Positions 28,201 through 43,900 of a DNA stretch of 64,000 nt are shown piece by piece. This stretch comes from Eledone cirrhosa (lineage: Eukaryota): assembly GCA_964016885.1 (NCBI GenBank), contig OZ024744.1, positions 124,062,001-124,126,000 on the forward strand. Direction: 5' to 3'. Positions within the stretch are counted from its first letter, which is position 1. Every line of letters begins with the position of its first letter. The notes beneath the pieces are model-generated. The model was not told where the DNA came from. It did not search any database and worked only from the letters and a program-made list of their open reading frames with translations. Made by a program: the position numbers and the translations under genes.

Positions 28201-30314
28201 TATGTAGGACAATAGTCTGTAATAACTTGTCCAACCCATGTATGTAGGACAATAGTCTATAATAACTTGTCCAACCCATGTATGTAGGACAATAGTCTGT
28301 AATAACTTGTCCAACCCATGACAGGTAGGACAATAGTCTGTAATACCTCGTCCAACCCATGACAGGTAGGACATTAGTCTGTAATACCTTGTCCAACCCA
28401 TGACAGGTAGGACAATAGTCTGTAATAACTTGTCCAACCCATGTATATAGGACAATAGTCTGTAATAACTTGTCCAACCCATGACAGGTAGGACAATAGT
28501 CTGTAATAACTTGTCCAACCCATGTATGTAGGACAATAGTCTGTAATAACTTGTCCAACCCATGACAGGTAGGACAATAGTCTGTAATAACTTGTCCAAC
28601 CCATGACAGGTAGGGCAATAGTCTGTAATAACTTGTCCAACCCATGTATGTAGGACAATAGTCTGTAATAACTTTTCCAACCCATGACAGGTAGGACAAT
28701 AGTCTGTAATAACTTGTCCAACCCATGTATGCAGGACAATAGTCTGTAATAACTTGTCCAACCCATGACAGGTAGGACAATAGTCTGTAATAACTTGTCC
28801 AACCCATGACAGGTAGGACAATAGTCTGTAATAACTTGTCCATCCTATGACAGGTATGACAATAGTCTGTAATAACTTGTCCAACCCATGACAGCTAGGA
28901 CAATAGTCTGTAATAATTTGTCCAACCCATGACATGTAGGACAATAGTCTGTAATAACTTGTCCAACCCATGACATGTAGGACAATAGTCTGTAATAACT
29001 TGTCCAACCCATGACAGGTAGGACAATAGTCTGTAATACCTTGTCCAACCAATGACAGGTCGGAGAATAGTCTGTAATAACTTGTCCAACCCATGACAGG
29101 TAGGACAATAGTCTGTAATACCTTGTCCAACCCATGACAGGTAGGGCAATAGTCTGTAATAACTTGTCCAACCCATGTATGTAGGACAATAGTCTGTAAT
29201 AACTTGTCCAAACCATGACAGGTAGGACAATAGTCTGTAATAACTTGTCCAACCCATGACAGGTAGGACAATAGTCTGTAATAACTTGTCCAACCCATGT
29301 ATGTAGGACAATAGTCTGTAATAACTTGTCCAACCCATGACAGGTAGGACATTAGTGTGTAATAACTTGTCCAACCCATGACAGGTAGGACAATAGTCTG
29401 TAATAACTTGTCCAACCCATGACAAGTAGGACAATAGTCTGTAATAACTTGTCCAACCCATATATGTAGGACAATAGTCTGTAATAACTTGTCCAACCCA
29501 TGTATGTACGACAATAGTCTGTAATAACTTGCCTAACCCATGTATGTAGGACAATAGTCTGTAATAACTTGTCCAACCCATGTATATAGGACAATAGTCT
29601 ATAATAACTTGTCCAACCCATGTATGTAGGACAATAGTCTGTAACAACTTGTCCAACCCATGACAGGTAGGACAATAGTCTGTAATACCTCGTCCAACCC
29701 ATGACAGGTAGGACAATAGTCTGTAATAACTTGTCCAACCCATGACAGGTAGGACAATAGTCTGTAATAACTTGTCCAACCCATGTATATAGGACAATAG
29801 TCTGTAATAACTTGTCCAACCCATGACAGGTAGGACAATAGTCTGTAATAACTTGTCCAACCCATGTATGTAGGACAATAGTCTGTAATAACTTGTCCAA
29901 CCCATGACAGGTAGGACAATAGTCTGTAATAACTTGTCCAACCCATGACAGGTAGGGCAATAGTCTGTAATAACTTGTCCAACCCATGTATGTAGGACAA
30001 TAGTCTGTAATAACTTGTCCAACCCATGACAGGTAGGACAATAGTCTGTAATAACTTGTCCAACCCATGTATGCAGGACAATAGTCTGTAATAACTTGTC
30101 CAACCCATGACAGGTAGGACAATAGTCTGTAATAACTTGTCCAACCCATGACAGGTAGGACAATAGTCTGTAATAACTTGTCCATTCTATGACAGGTATG
30201 ACAATAGTCTGTAATAACTTGTCCAACCCATGACAGCTAGGACAATAGTCTGTAATAACTTGTCCAACCCATGACAGGTAGGACAATAGTCTGTAATAAC
30301 TTGTCCAACCCATG
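21775..30314. repeat. 4313-bp-offset duplication (about 21775-26001 and 26088-30314)
   Basis: ORF starts from 22067 to 25924 recur at +4313 (26380 to 30237). I noted one substitution: ggacagtagt near 25850 versus ggacaatagt near 30163. Confidence 0.92.
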
Positions 30315-32752
30315 TATGTAGGACAATAGTCTGTAATAACTTGTCCAACCCATGACAGGTAGGACATTAGTGTGTAATAACTTGTCCAACCCATGACAGG
30401 TAGGACAATAGTCTGTAATAACTTGTCCAACCCATGACAGGTAGGACGATAGTCTGTAATAACTTGTCCAGCCCATGTATGTAGGTCAATAGCCTGTAAT
30501 AACTTGTCCAACCCATGACAGGTAGGACAATAGTCTGTAATAACTTGTCCAACCCATGTATGTAGGACAATAGTCTGTAATAACTTGTCCAACCCATGTA
30601 TGTACGACAATAGTCTGTAATAACTTGCCTAACCCATGTATGTAGGACAATAGTCTGTAATAACTTGTCCAACCCATGTATGTAGGACAATAGTCTATAA
30701 TAACTTGTCCAACCCATGTATGTAGGACAATAGTCTGTAATAACTTGTCCAACCCATGACAGGTAGGACAATAGTCTGTAATACCTCGTCCAACCCATGA
30801 CAGGTAGGACATTAGTCTGTAATACCTTGTCCAACCCATGACAGGTAGGACAATAGTCTGTAATAACTTGTCCAACCCATGTATATAGGACAATAGTCTG
30901 TAATAACTTGTCCAACCCATGACAGGTAGGACAATAGTCTGTAATAACTTGTCCAACCCATGTATGTAGGACAATAGTCTGTAATAACTTGTCCAACCCA
31001 TGACAGGTAGGACAATAGTCTGTAATAACTTGTCCAACCCATGACAGGTAGGGCAATAGTCTGTAATAACTTGTCCAACCCATGTATGTAGGACAATAGT
31101 CTGTAATAACTTTTCCAACCCATGACAGGTAGGACAATAGTCTGTAATAACTTGTCCAACCCATGTATGCAGGACAATAGTCTGTAATAACTTGTCCAAC
31201 CCATGACAGGTAGGACAATAGTCTGTAATAACTTGTCCAACCCATGACAGGTAGGACAATAGTCTGTAATAACTTGTCCATCCTATGACAGGTATGACAA
31301 TAGTCTGTAATAACTTGTCCAACCCATGACAGCTAGGACAATAGTCTGTAATAATTTGTCCAACCCATGACATGTAGGACAATAGTCTGTAATAACTTGT
31401 CCAACCCATGACATGTAGGACAATAGTCTGTAATAACTTGTCCAACCCATGACAGGTAGGACAATAGTCTGTAATACCTTGTCCAACCAATGACAGGTCG
31501 GAGAATAGTCTGTAATAACTTGTCCAACCCATGACAGGTAGGACAATAGTCTGTAATACCTTGTCCAACCCATGACAGGTAGGGCAATAGTCTGTAATAA
31601 CTTGTCCAACCCATGTATGTAGGACAATAGTCTGTAATAACTTGTCCAAACCATGACAGGTAGGACAATAGTCTGTAATAACTTGTCCAACCCATGACAG
31701 GTAGGACAATAGTCTGTAATAACTTGTCCAACCCATGTATGTAGGACAATAGTCTGTAATAACTTGTCCAACCCATGACAGGTAGGACACTAGTGTGTAA
31801 TAACTTGTCCAACCCATGACAGGTAGGACAATAGTCTGTAATAACTTGTCCAACCCATGACAAGTAGGACAATAGTCTGTAATAACTTGTCCAACCCATA
31901 TATGTAGGACAATAGTCTGTAATAACTTGTCCAACCCATGTATGTACGACAATAGTCTGTAATAACTTGCCTAACCCATGTATGTAGGACAATAGTCTGT
32001 AATAACTTGTCCAACCCATGTATATAGGACAATAGTCTATAATAACTTGTCCAACCCATGTATGTAGGACAATAGTCTGTAACAACTTGTCCAACCCATG
32101 ACAGGTAGGACAATAGTCTGTAATACCTCGTCCAACCCATGACAGGTAGGACAATAGTCTGTAATAACTTGTCCAACCCATGACAGGTAGGACAATAGTC
32201 TGTAATAACTTGTCCAACCCATGTATATAGGACAATAGTCTGTAATAACTTGTCCAACCCATGACAGGTAGGACAATAGTCTGTAATAACTTGTCCAACC
32301 CATGTATGTAGGACAATAGTCTGTAATAACTTGTCCAACCCATGACAGGTAGGACAATAGTCTGTAATAACTTGTCCAACCCATGACAGGTAGGGCAATA
32401 GTCTGTAATAACTTGTCCAACCCATGTATGTAGGACAATAGTCTGTAATAACTTGTCCAACCCATGACAGGTAGGACAATAGTCTGTAATAACTTGTCCA
32501 ACCCATGTATGCAGGACAATAGTCTGTAATAACTTGTCCAACCCATGACAGGTAGGACAATAGTCTGTAATAACTTGTCCAACCCATGACAGGTAGGACA
32601 ATAGTCTGTAATAACTTGTCCATTCTATGACAGGTATGACAATAGTCTGTAATAACTTGTCCAACCCATGACAGCTAGGACAATAGTCTGTAATAACTTG
32701 TCCAACCCATGACAGGTAGGACAATAGTCTGTAATAACTTGTCCAACCCATG
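27821..32752. repeat. 2438-bp tandem duplication (about 27821-30258 and 30259-32696), nested in the right-hand 4313-bp copy
   Basis: ORF starts 27929/28048/28374/28845/29352/29599/30237 recur at +2438. I noted one substitution: ggacact at 31790 versus ggacatt at 29352. Confidence 0.92.
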
Positions 32753-34789
32753 ACATGTAGGACAATAGTCTGTAATAACTTGTCCAACCCATGACATGTA
32801 GGACAATAGTCTGTAATAACTTGTCCAACCCATGACATGTAGGACAATAGTCTGTAATACCTTGTCCAACCAATGACAGGTCGGAGAATAGTCTGTAATA
32901 ACTTGTCCAACCCATGACAGGTAGGACAATAGTCTGTAATACCTTGTCCAACCAATGACAGGTAGGACAATAGTCTGTAATAACTTGTCCAACCCATGAC
33001 AGGTAAGACAATACTCTGTAATAACTTGTCCAACCCATGTATGTAGGACAATAGTCTGTAATAACTTGTCCAACCCATGACAGGTAGGACAATAGTCTGT
33101 AATAACTTGTCCAACCCATGACAGGTAGGGCAATAGTCTGTAATAACTTGTCCAACCCATGACAGGTAGGACAATAGTCTGTAATAACTTGTCCAACCCA
33201 TGTATGTAGGACAATAGTCTGTAATAACTTGTCCAACCCATGACAGGTAGGACAATAGTCTGTAATAACTTGTCCAACCCATGACAGGTAGGGCAATAGT
33301 CTGTAATAACTTGTCCAACCCATGTATGTAGGACAATAGTCTGTAATAACTTGTCCAACCCATGACAGGTAGGGCAATAGTCTGTAATAACTTGTCCAAC
33401 CCATGACAGGTAGGACAATAGTCTGTAATAACTTGTCCAACCCATGACAGGTAGCGCAATAGTCTGTAATAACTTGTCCAACCCATGTATGCAGGACAAT
33501 AGTCTGTAATAACTTGTCCAACCCATGACAGGTAGGACATTAGTGTGTAATAACTTGTCCAACCCATGACAGGTAGGACAATAGTCTGTAATAACTTGTC
33601 CAACCCATGACAAGTAGGACAATAGTCTGTAATAACTTGTCCAACCCATATATGTAGGACAATAGTCTGTAATAACTTGTCCAACCCATGTATGTACGAC
33701 AATAGTCTGTAATAACTTGCCTAACCCATGTATGTAGGACAATAGTCTGTAATAACTTGTCCAACCCATGTATATAGGACAATAGTCTATAATAACTTGT
33801 CCAACCCATGTATGTAGGACAATAGTCTGTAATAACTTGTCCAACCCATGACAGGTAGGACAATAGTCTGTAATACCTCGTCCAACCCATGACAGGTAGG
33901 ACAATAGTCTGTAATAACTTGTCCAACCCATGACAGGTAGGACAATAGTCTGTAATAACTTGTCCAACCCATGTATATAGGACAATAGTCTGTAATAACT
34001 TGTCCAACCCATGACAGGTAGGACAATAGTCTGTAATAACTTGTCCAACCCATGTATGTAGGACAATAGTCTGTAATAACTTGTCCAACCCATGACAGGT
34101 AGGACAATAGTCTGTAATAACTTGTCCAACCCATGACAGGTAGGGCAATAGTCTGTAATAACTTGTCCAACCCATGTATGTAGGACAATAGTCTGTAATA
34201 ACTTGTCCAACCCATGACAGGTAGGACAATAGTCTGTAATAACTTGTCCAACCCATGTATGCAGGACAATAGTCTGTAATAACTTGTCCAACCCATGACA
34301 GGTAGGACAATAGTCTGTAATAACTTGTCCAACCCATGACAGGTAGGACAATAGTCTGTAATAACTTGTCCATTCTATGACAGGTATGACAATAGTCTGT
34401 AATAACTTGTCCAACCCATGACAGCTAGGACAATAGTCTGTAATAACTTGTCCAACCCATGACAGGTAGGACAATAGTCTGTAATAACTTGTCCAACCCA
34501 TGACATGTAGGACAATAGTCTGTAATAACTTGTCCAACCCATGACATGTAGGACAATAGTCTGTAATAACTTGTCCAACCCATGACATGTAGGACAATAG
34601 TCTGTAATACCTTGTCCAACCAATGACAGGTCGGAGAATAGTCTGTAATAACTTGTCCAACCCATGACAGGTAGGACAATAGTCTGTAATACCTTGTCCA
34701 ACCAATGACAGGTAGGACAATAGTCTGTAATAACTTGTCCAACCCATGACAGGTAAGACAATACTCTGTAATAACTTGTCCAACCCATG
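31743..34789. repeat. About 1.3-kb block repeated at offset 1750 (about 31743-33039 and 33493-34789)
   Basis: ORF starts 31790/32037/32625/32675 recur at 33540/33787/34375/34425. Shared markers include ccatatatg, ccattctatg, the triple gacatg run and aagacaatactc. Confidence 0.85.
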
Positions 34790-37700
34790 ACAGGTAGGGC
34801 AATAGTCTGTAATAACTTGTCCAACCCATGTATGTAGGACAATAGTCTGTAATAACTTGTCCAACCCATGACAGGTAGGGCAATAGTCTGTAATAACTTG
34901 TCCAACCCATGACAGGTAGGACAATAGTCTGTAATAACTTGTCCAACCCATGACAGGTAGGGCAATAGTCTGTAATAACTTGTCCAACCCATGTATGCAG
35001 GACAATAGTCTGTAATAACTTGTCCATCCCATGCATGTAGGACAATAGTCTGTAATAACTTGTCCAACCCATGTATGTAGGACAATAGTCTGTAATAACT
35101 TGTCCAACCCATGACAGGTAGGACAATAGTCTGTAATAACTTGTCCATCCCATGACAGGTAGGACAATAGTCTGTAATAACTTGTCCAACCCATGACAGC
35201 TAGGACAATAGTCTGTAATAACTTGTCCAACCCATGACAGGTAGGACAATAGTCTGTAATAACTTGTCCAACCCATGACATGTAGGACAATAGTCTGTAA
35301 TAACTTGTCCAACCCGTGACAGGTAGGACAATAGTCTGTAATAACTTGTCGAACCCACGTATGTAGGACAATAGTCTGTAATAAATTGTCCAACCCATGC
35401 CAGGTAGGACAATAGTCTGTAATAACTTGTCCAACCCATGACAGGTAGGACAATAATCTGTAATAACTTGTCTAACCCATGACAGGTAGGACAATAGTCT
35501 GTAATAACTTGTCCAACCCATGACAAGTAGGACAATAGTCTGTAATAACTTGTCCAACCCATGTATGTAGGACAATAGTCTGTAATAACTTGTCCAACCC
35601 ATGTATGTACGACAATAGTCTGTAATAACTTGCCTAACCCATGTATGTAGGACAATAGTCTATAATAACTTGTCCAACCCATGTATGTAGGACAATAGTC
35701 TATAATAACTTGTCCAACCCATGTATGTAGGACAATAGTCTGTAATAACTTGTCCAACCCATGACAGGTAGGACAATAGTCTGTAATACCTCGTCCAACC
35801 CATGACAGGTAGGACAATAGTCTGTAATAACTTGTCCAACCCATGACAGGTAGGACAATAGTCTGTAATAACTTGTCCAACCCATGTATATAGGACAATA
35901 GTCTGTAATAACTTGTCCAACCCATGACAGGTAGGACAATAGTCTGTAATAACTTGTCCAACCCATGTATGTAGGACAATAGTCTGTAATAACTTGTCCA
36001 ACCCATGACAGGTAGGACAATAGTCTGTAATAACTTATCCAACCCATGACAGGTAGGACAATAGTCTGTAATAACTTATCCAACCCATGACAGGTAGGAC
36101 ATTAGTGTGTAATAACTTGTCCAACCCATGACAGGTAGGACAATAGTCTGTAATAACTTGTCCAACCCATGTATGCAGGACAATAGTCTGTAATAACTTG
36201 TCCAACCCATGACAGGTAGGACAATAGTCTGTAATAACTTGTCCAACCCATGACAGGTAGGACAATAGTCTGTAATAACTTGTCCATCCCATGACAGGTA
36301 GGACAATAGTCTGTAATAACTTGTCCAACCCATGACAGCTAGGACAATAGTCTGTAATAACTTGTCCAATCCATGACAGGTAGGACAATAGTCTGTAATA
36401 ACTTGTCCAACCCATGACATGTAGGACAATAGTCTGTAATAACTTGTCCAACCCGTGACAGGTAGGACAATAGTCTGTAATAACTTGTCGAACCCACGTA
36501 TGTAGGACAATAGTCTGTAATAAATTGTCCAACACATGTATGTAGATCAATAGCCTGTAATAACTTGTCCAACCCATGACAGGTAGGACAATAGTCTGTA
36601 ATAACTTGTCCAACCCATGACAAGTAGGACAATAGTCTGTAATAACTTGTCCAACCCATGTATGTTGGACAATAGTCTGTAATAACTTGTCCAACCCATG
36701 TATGTACGACAATAGTCTGTAATAACTTGCCTAACCCATGTATGTAGGACAATAGTCTGTAATAACTTGTCCAACCCATGTATGTAGGACAATAGTCTAT
36801 AATAACTTGTCCAACCCATGTATGTAGGACAATAGTCTGTAATAACTTGTCCAACCCATGACAGGTAGGACGATAGTCTGTAATACCTCGTCCAACCCAT
36901 GACAGGTAGGACAATAGTCTGTAATAACTTGTCCAACCCATGACAGGTAGGACAATAGTCTGTAATAACTTGTCCAACCCATGACAGGTAGGACGATAGT
37001 CTGTAATAACTTGTCCAACCCATGTATGTAGGTCAATAGCCTGTAATAACTTGTCCAACCCATGACAGGTAGGACAATAGTCTGTAATAACTTGTCCAAC
37101 CCATGACAAGTAGGACAATAGTCTGTAATAACTTGTCCAACCCATGTATGTAGGACAATAGTCTGTAATAACTTGTCCAACCCATGTATGTACGACAATA
37201 GTCTGTAATAACTTGCCTAACCCATGTATGTAGGACAATAGTCTATAATAACTTGTCCAACCCATGTATGTAGGACAATAGTCTATAATAACTTGTCCAA
37301 CCCATGTATGTAGGACAATAGTCTGTAATAACTTGTCCAACCCATGACAGGTAGGACAATAGTCTGTAATACCTCGTCCAACCCATGACAGGTAGGACAA
37401 TAGTCTGTAATAACTTGTCCAACCCATGACAGGTAGGACAATAGTCTGTAATAACTTGTCCAACCCATGTATATAGGACAATAGTCTGTAATAACTTGTC
37501 CAACCCATGACAGGTAGGACAATAGTCTGTAATAACTTGTCCAACCCATGTATGTAGGACAATAGTCTGTAATAACTTGTCCAACCCATGACAGGTAGGA
37601 CAATAGTCTGTAATAACTTGTCCAACCCATGACAGGTAGGGCAATAGTCTGTAATAACTTGTCCAACCCATGTATGTAGGACAATAGTCTGTAATAACTT

Positions 37701-37920
37701 GTCCAACCCATGACAGGTAGGACAATAGTCTGTAATAACTTGTCCAACCCATGTATGCAGGACAATAGTCTGTAATAACTTGTCCAACCCATGACAGGTA
37801 GGACAATAGTCTGTAATAACTTGTCCAACCCATGACAGGTAGGACAATAGTCTGTAATAACTTGTCCATCCTATGACAGGTATGACAATAGTCTGTAATA
37901 ACTTGTCCAACCCATGACAG

Positions 37921-40900
37921 CTAGGACAATAGTCTGTAATAACTTGTCCAACCCATGACAGGTAGGACAATAGTCTGTAATAACTTGTCCAACCCATGAC
38001 ATGTAGGACAATAGTCTGTAATAACTTGTCCAACCCATGACATGTAGGACAATAGTCTGTAATAACTTGTCCAACCCATGACATGTAGGACAATAGTCTG
38101 TAATACCTTGTCCAACCAATGACAGGTCGGAGAATAGTCTGTAATAACTTGTCCAACCCATGACAGGTAGGACAATAGTCTGTAATACCTTGTCCAACCA
38201 ATGACAGGTAGGACAATAGTCTGTAATAACTTGTCCAACCCATGACAGGTAAGACAATACTCTGTAATAACTTGTCCAACCCATGTATGTAGGACAATAG
38301 TCTGTAATAACTTGTCCAACCCATGACAGGTAGGACAATAGTCTGTAATAACTTGTCCAACCCATGACAGGTAGGGCAATAGTCTGTAATAACTTGTCCA
38401 ACCCATGACAGGTAGGACAATAGTCAGTAATAACTTGTCCAACCCATGTATGTAGGACAATAGTCTGTAATAACTTGTCCAACCCATGACAGGTAGGACA
38501 ATAGTCTGTAATAACTTGTCCAACCCATGACAGGTAGGGCAATAGTCTGTAATAACTTGTCCAACCCATGTATGTAGGACAATAGTCAGTAATAACTTGT
38601 CCAACCCATGACAGGTAGGGCAATAGTCTGTAATAACTTGTCCAACCCATGACAGGTAGGACAATAGTCTGTAATAACTTGTCCAACCCATGACAGGTAG
38701 GGCAATAGTCTGTAATAACTTGTCCAACCCATGTATGCAGGACAATAGTCTGTAATAACTTGTCCAACCCATGACATGTAGGACAATAGTCTGTAATAAC
38801 TTGTCCAACCCATGACAGGTAGGACAATAGTCTGTAATAACTTGTCCAACCCATGACAGGTAGGACAATAGTCTGTAATAACTTGTCCAACCCATGTATG
38901 TAGGATAATAGTCTGTAATAACTTGTCCATCCCATGACAGGTAGGACAATAGTCTGTAATAACTTGTCCAAACCATGCATGTAGGACAATAGTCTGTAAT
39001 AACTTGTCCAACCCATGTATGTAGGACAATAGTCTGTAATAACTTGTCCAACCCATGACAGGTAGGATAATAGTCTGTAATAACTTGTCCATCCCATGAC
39101 AGGTAGGACAATAGTCTGTAATATCTTGTCCAACCCATGACAGCTAGGACAATAGTCTGTAATAACTTGTCCAACCCATGACAGGTAGGACAATAGTCTG
39201 TAATAACTTGTCCAACCCATGACATGTAGGACAATAGTCTGTAATAACTTGTCCAACCCGTGACAGGTAGGACAATAGTCTGTAATAACTTGTCGAACCC
39301 ACGTATGTAGGACAATAGTCTGTAATAAATTGTCCAACCCATGCCAGGTAGGACAATAGTCTGTAATAACTTGTCCAACCCATGACAGGTAGGACAATAA
39401 TCTGTAATAACTTGTCTAATCCATGACAGGTAGGACAATAGTCTGTAATAACTTGTCCAACCCATGTATGTAGGACAATAGTCTGTAATAACTTGTCCAA
39501 CCCATGTATGTAGGACAATAGTCTGTAATAATAATTTGTCCAACCCATGTATGTAGGACAATAGTCTGTAATAACTTGTACAACCCATGAAAGGTAGGTC
39601 AATATTCTGTAATAACTTGTCCAACCCATGTATGTAGGACAATAGTCTGTAATAACTTGTCCAACCCATGACATGTAGGAGAATAGTCTGTAATAACTTG
39701 TCCAACCCATAACAGGTAGGACAATAGTCTGTAATACCTTGTCCAACCCATGACAGGTAGGACAATAGTCTGTAATAACTTGTCCAACCCATGTATGTAG
39801 GACAATAGTCTGTAATAACTTGTCCAACCCATGACAGGTAGGACATTAGTGTGTAATAACTTGTCCAACCCATGACAGGTAGGACAATAGTCTGTAATAA
39901 CTTGTCCAACCCATGACAGGTAGGACGATAGTCTGTAATAACTTGTCCAGCCCATGTATGTAGGTCAATAGCCTGTAATAACTTGTCCAACCCATAACAG
40001 GTAGGACAATAGTCTGTAATAACTTGTCCAACCCATGACAAGTAGGACAATAGTCTGTAATAACTTGTCCAACCCATGTATGTAGGACAATAGTCTGTAA
40101 TAACTTGTCCAACACATGTATGTACGACAATAGTCTGTAATAACTTGCCTAACCCATGTATGTAGGACATTAGTGTGTAATAACTTGTCCAACCCATGTA
40201 TGTAGGACAATAGTCTATAATAACTTGTCCAACCCATGTATGTAGGACAATAGTCTGTAATAACTTGTCCAACCCATGACAGGTAGGACAATAGTCTGTA
40301 ATACCTCGTCCAACCCATGACAGGTAGGACAATAGTCTGTAATAACTTGTCCAACCCATGACAGGTAGGACAATAGTCTGTAATAACTTGTCCAACCCAT
40401 GTATATAGGACAATAGTCTGTAATAACTTGTCCAACCCATGACAGGTAGGACAATAGTCTGTAATAACTTGTCCAACCCATGTATGTAGGACAATAGTCT
40501 GTAATAACTTGTCCAACCCATGACAGGTAGGACAATAGTCTGTAATAACTTGTCCAACCCATGACAGGTAGGGCAATAGTCTGTAATAACTTGTCCAACC
40601 CATGTATGTAGGACAATAGTCTGTAATAACTTTTCCAACCCATGACAGGTAGGACAATAGTCTGTAATAACTTGTCCAACCCATGTATGCAGGACAATAG
40701 TCTGTAATAACTTGTCCAACCCATGACAGGTAGGACAATAGTCTGTAATAACTTGTCCAACCCATGACAGGTAGGACAATAGTCTGTAATAACTTGTCCA
40801 TCCTATGACAGGTATGACAATAGTCTGTAATAACTTGTCCAACCCATGACAGCTAGGACAATAGTCTGTAATAATTTGTCCAACCCATGAGATGTAGGAC

Positions 40901-43900
40901 AATAGTCTGTAATAACTTGTCCAACCCATGACATGTAGGACAATAGTCTGTAATAACTTGTCCAACCCATGACAGGTAGGACAATAGTCTGTAATACCTT
41001 GTCCAACCAATGACAGGTCGGAGAATAGTCTGTAATAACTTGTCCAACCCATGACAGGTAGGACAATAGTCTGTAATACCTTGTCCAACCCATGACAGGT
41101 AGGGCAATAGTCTGTAATAACTTGTCCAACCCATGTATGTAGGACAATAGTCTGTAATAACTTGTCCAAACCATGACAGGTAGGACAATAGTCTGTAATA
41201 ACTTGTCCAACCCATGACAGGTAGGACAATAGTCTGTAATAACTTGTCCAACCCATGTATGTAGGACAATAGTCTGTAATAACTTGTCCAACCCATGACA
41301 GGTAGGACATTGGTGTGTAATAACTTGTCCAACCCATGACAGGTAGGACAATAGTCTGTAATAACTTGTCCAACCCATGACAGGTAGGACGATAGTCTGT
41401 AATAAATTGTCCAACCCATGTATGTAGGTCAATAGCCTGTAATAACTTGTCCAACCCATGACAGGTAGGACAATAGTCTGTAATAACTTGTCCAACCCAT
41501 GACAAGTAGGACAATAGTCTGTAATAACTTGTCCAACCCATGTATGTAGGACAATAGTCTGTAATAACTTGTCCAACCCATGTATGTACGACAATAGTCT
41601 GTAATAACTTGCCTAACCCATGTATGTAGGACAATAGTCTGTAATAACTTGTCCAACCCATGTATATAGGACAATAGTCTATAATAACTTGTCCAACCGA
41701 TGTATGTAGGACAATAGTCTGTAATAACTTGTCCAACCCATGACAGGTAGGACAATAGTCTGTAATACCTCGTCCAACCCATGACAGGTAGGACAATAGT
41801 CTGTAATAACTTGTCCAACCCATGACAGGTAGGACAATAGTCTGTAATAACTTGTCCAACCCATGTATATAGGACAATAGTCTGTAATAACTTGTCCAAC
41901 CCATGACAGGTAGGACAATAGTCTGTAATAACTTGTCCAACCCATGTATGTAGGACAATAGTCTGTAATAACTTGTCCAACCCATGACAGGTAGGACAAT
42001 AGTCTGTAATAACTTGTCCAACCCATGACAGGTAGGGCAATAGTCTGTAATAACTTGTCCAACCCATGTATGTAGGACAATAGTCTGTAATAACTTGTCC
42101 AACCCATGACAGGTAGGACAATAGTCTGTAATAACTTGTCCAACCCATGTATGCAGGACAATAGTCTGTAATAACTTGTCCAACCCATGACAGGTAGGAC
42201 AATAGTCTGTAATAACTTGTCCAACCCATGACAGGTAGGACAATAGTCTGTAATAACTTGTCCATCCTATGACAGGTATGACAATAGTCTGTAATAACTT
42301 GTCCAACCCATGACAGCTAGGACAATAGTCTGTAATAACTTGTCCAACCCATGACAGGTAGGACAATAGTCTGTAATAACTTGTCCAACCCATGACATGT
42401 AGGACAATAGTCTGTAATAACTTGTCCAACCCATGACATGTAGGACAATAGTCTGTAATAACTTGTCCAACCCATGACATGTAGGACAATAGTCTGTAAT
42501 ACCTTGTCCAACCAATGACAGGTCGGAGAATAGTCTGTAATAACTTGTCCAACCCATGACAGGTAGGACAATAGTCTGTAATACCTTGTCCAACCAATGA
42601 CAGGTAGGACAATAGTCTGTAATAACTTGTCCAACCCATGACAGGTAAGACAATACTCTGTAATAACTTGTCCAACCCATGTATGTAGGACAATAGTCTG
42701 TAATAACTTGTCCAACCCATGACAGGTAGGACAATAGTCTGTAATAACTTGTCCAACCCATGACAGGTAGGACAATAGTCTGTAATAACTTGTCCAACCC
42801 ATGTATGTAGGACAATAGTCTGTAATAACTTGTCCAACCCATGACAGGTAGGACAATAGTCTGTAATAACTTGTCCAACCCATGACAGGTAGGGCAATAG
42901 TCTGTAATAACTTGTCCAACCCATGTATGTAGGACAATAGTCTGTAATAACTTGTCCAACCCATGACAGGTAGGGCAATAGTCTGTAATAACTTGTCCAA
43001 CCCATGACAGGTAGGACAATAGTCTGTAATAACTTGTCCAACCCATGACAGGTAGGGCAATAGTCTGTAATAACTTGTCCAACCCATGTATGCAGGACAA
43101 TAGTCTGTAATAACTTGTCCATCCCATGCATGTAGGACAATAGTCTGTAATAACTTGTCCAACCCATGTATGTAGGACAATAGTCTGTAATAACTTGTCC
43201 AACCCATGACAGGTAGGACAATAGTCTGTAATAACTTGTCCATCCCATGACAGGTAGGACAATAGTCTGTAATAACTTGTCCAACCCATGACAGCTAGGA
43301 CAATAGTCTGTAATAACTTGTCCAACCCATGACAGGTAGGACAATAGTCTGTAATAACTTGTCCAACCCATGACATGTAGGACAATAGTCTGTAATAACT
43401 TGTCCAACCCGTGACAGGTAGGACAATAGTCTGTAATAACTTGTCGAACCCACGTATGTAGGACAATAGTCTGTAATAAATTGTCCAACCCATGCCAGGT
43501 AGGACAATAGTCTGTAATAACTTGTCTAACCCATGACAGGTAGGACAATAGTCTGTAATAACTTGTCCAACCCATGTATGTAGGGCAATAGTCTGTAATA
43601 ACTTGTCCAACCCATGTATGTAGGACAATAGTCTGTAATAATAATTTGTCCAACCCATGTATGTAGGACAATAGTCTGTAATAACTTGTACAACCCATGA
43701 AAGGTAGGTCAATATTCTGTAATAACTTTTCCAACCCATGTATGTAGGACAATAGTCTGTAATAACTTGTCCAACCCATGTCATGTAGGACAATAGTCTG
43801 TAATAACTTGTCCAACCCATGACAGGTAGGACAATAGTCTGTAATACCTTGTCCAACCAATGACAGGTAGGGAATAGTCTGTAATAACTTGTCCAACCCA

